A stretch of DNA of 64,000 nt from NCBI GenBank assembly GCA_977016875.1, contig CDRNST010000221.1, positions 124,001 to 188,000 on the forward strand. Reading direction: 5' to 3'. Position numbers and translations under genes: made by a program. Shown here piece by piece: positions 62,301 through 64,000 of the stretch. The stretch's first letter is position 1. Every line of letters starts with the position of its first letter. This DNA comes from Pavona decussata. Lineage: Eukaryota. The notes beneath the pieces are model-generated. The model made no database searches, was not told the DNA's origin, and saw nothing but the letters and a program-made list of their open reading frames with translations.

Positions 62301-64000
62301 TGAAATTCTGTCATTGACAAACTGTACGCCTTCTTCATCAGGCATCCAGGGACAGTCCCGAATGCAAAGATCAGATACCGGTGTCATCAATCCTTTAGAG
62401 TCAGGAAGATAAACAACTCCCAAATTCTCGTGCATCCCAGAAAGATCAAAGTTAGTATCTTTCACTGCTTCGCCCAATAGTACTGCCAGGCGGGTTGCAA
62501 CTTGAAGGGTTTGCTCGTCTAGTGTATTCCCTCCAAATCTACCCTTTATTTCACGTAAGCTTGAGATATAATCGTGCGCAACAAATGTCATCTTAACTCC
62601 TGCTGCTTTCATCAAAGGACCAAACCACTCAGCAATCCACTGTGGAAGCTTGAAGAGATACGGTGAACAATCATTAGGAAGCGAAAATGCCACTTGCTGC
62701 GCAGAAAGAAACCTCTTTCCGTCAAGAATGAATCTCTTTCCCTGCAACGCCTCAAAAATTCTATCGCCAGAGTGCGAGAGACTTTGCTGTAAACATGCAT
62801 AAGTCGTTCTGAAAACTTCTTGTAGCTCTTTGTATTCTAATGAATTGAGTGAATCAACCTTCGCCGAGAATGCATTGGTCAGTTGCTGTATTACTTGCTC
62901 CAATGTGACGCCCCTTGTGTCTAGCGTTAACAGCTTTTTCACGTTTCTTGAAATAGATATTCCAACCAATGGTTCAGTGCAACAAACAAGGTACTTTTGC
63001 TCCTCTAGGTAGGCTTCTTCAGGTGCTAGTAGTGAATTGTCTTCAAATTCATCTCCTTTCCAGAAAAGTGGGAAATCAGTTGGCTTTTTGAGAACTGGAA
63101 GAAATTTAGCCTTTGTGATACGCTCATAAGAAGTAGGATCGGGAAATGATTTGAATTTTATCTTCTTCTCCATAAAACTCAGCAATGCTTTTCCTCGCCT
63201 TAACGCTGCATCACTGTCATTTAAATTGTGGATACTCTCGGCTCTTTCTGCTACCTCGGACCAGGGAAGATCATTTGAGGCCATTCCTAGCTGCTCCAGT
63301 CTAGCAAGCCTTTGAAAGCTAAGATACGATTTTGGAGTACCAAACGGAAATCTGCCGTCTTCAGGAGCGAATAGTGATGCTACTTCTCTGTAAGGGTGTA
63401 CAAGTTGCTGAGGTAGCTGAAGAGTATTTCCACTCGGTGACGTTGGAATGCAGGCGTGTAGCTTTATCAGCTGGTTTAAATCTCCACTGTTAGCATCTAA
63501 AGCGTGCAAAGTCAACACATCTCTCAAGTAAGGTGGAAGGGTCAAAAGATTCGGGAAAAAAATTTCACGGAAAAATCTTATCTTGCTATAGCCTCTAGCG
63601 TTCATTTCTTGGCTTTGACCATAGACTTGTAAAGAACGGAAAACATCGAATGGCAAATCTATCACCAACCCTCGTCCCTTGAAACACATTTGAAGAACTT
63701 TGTTCGCAGCTTCTCCAGTTTGAGACTCCTCCCGGAAATGCGGATCAAGGAAAACTATTTGCTTGACGCCAACCCATCTCTCTCCATCAGAAAAAAGAGG
63801 AAAGTCGCCACCAGCGAGCTTTGCATAAAACGAGGTCAAAAGTGGCAAGCAGTTAGGTTGTACTTCAGACTCCTTCGGCCACAGCGAATGGAACACATAT
63901 GAGCCATCATTGGGGATAATTGTTTTCATGTCCTCCAGAAGATCAAGAAAGGCTGAAACCACGGAATCTTGCAACAGCACCTTATTCCAATCCACTCCAA
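56352..64000 (-). CDS. SACS: Sacsin-like gene 2, giant exon (5' partial at window edge): end of repeat 2, repeat 3, J-domain (HPD), HEPN start
   Basis: Open frame to the window edge; FGQREKLTNRL..ELLQNADDAQA..KTGQYGVGFNAVY; YLRWHPDKN; WACFKCHQ|gtatgg donor at 56352; colinear with gene 1. Confidence 0.96.

Overview
Eukaryotic, AT-rich, intron-containing DNA with three assembly gaps; the repeat content suggests an anthozoan (stony coral) genome, which is an inference. The window holds two tandem minus-strand paralogues of a giant sacsin-like protein (GHKL/Hsp90-like ATPase repeats + J-domain + HEPN). Gene 1 can be reconstructed by hand with in-phase GT-AG junctions: join of 35095, 33569-33457, 31510-31400, 24687-24540, 23807-22826, 21840-21257, 19797-8720 and 7099-6815, giving 13,302 nt or about 4,433 aa. 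It has an 11.1 kb giant exon, an intron-split ATG, no N-terminal UBL domain and an HPE instead of HPD J-domain. Gene 2 enters from the right edge (>64000-56352 plus 55743-55465). Upstream of gene 1 lie three paralogous promoter/first-exon modules that conserve STAT-type TTCnnnGAA sites, a GTCACGTGA E-box and a splice donor, suggesting an immune- or stress-inducible, multi-promoter locus. Between the two sacsins is a plus-strand EGF/cbEGF-ZP gene carrying several inactivating lesions. Introns and intergenic DNA contain a Penelope-like inverted element with two hammerhead ribozyme motifs, a deleted BEL/Pao LTR element with a nested Harbinger derivative, and several nested MITEs.
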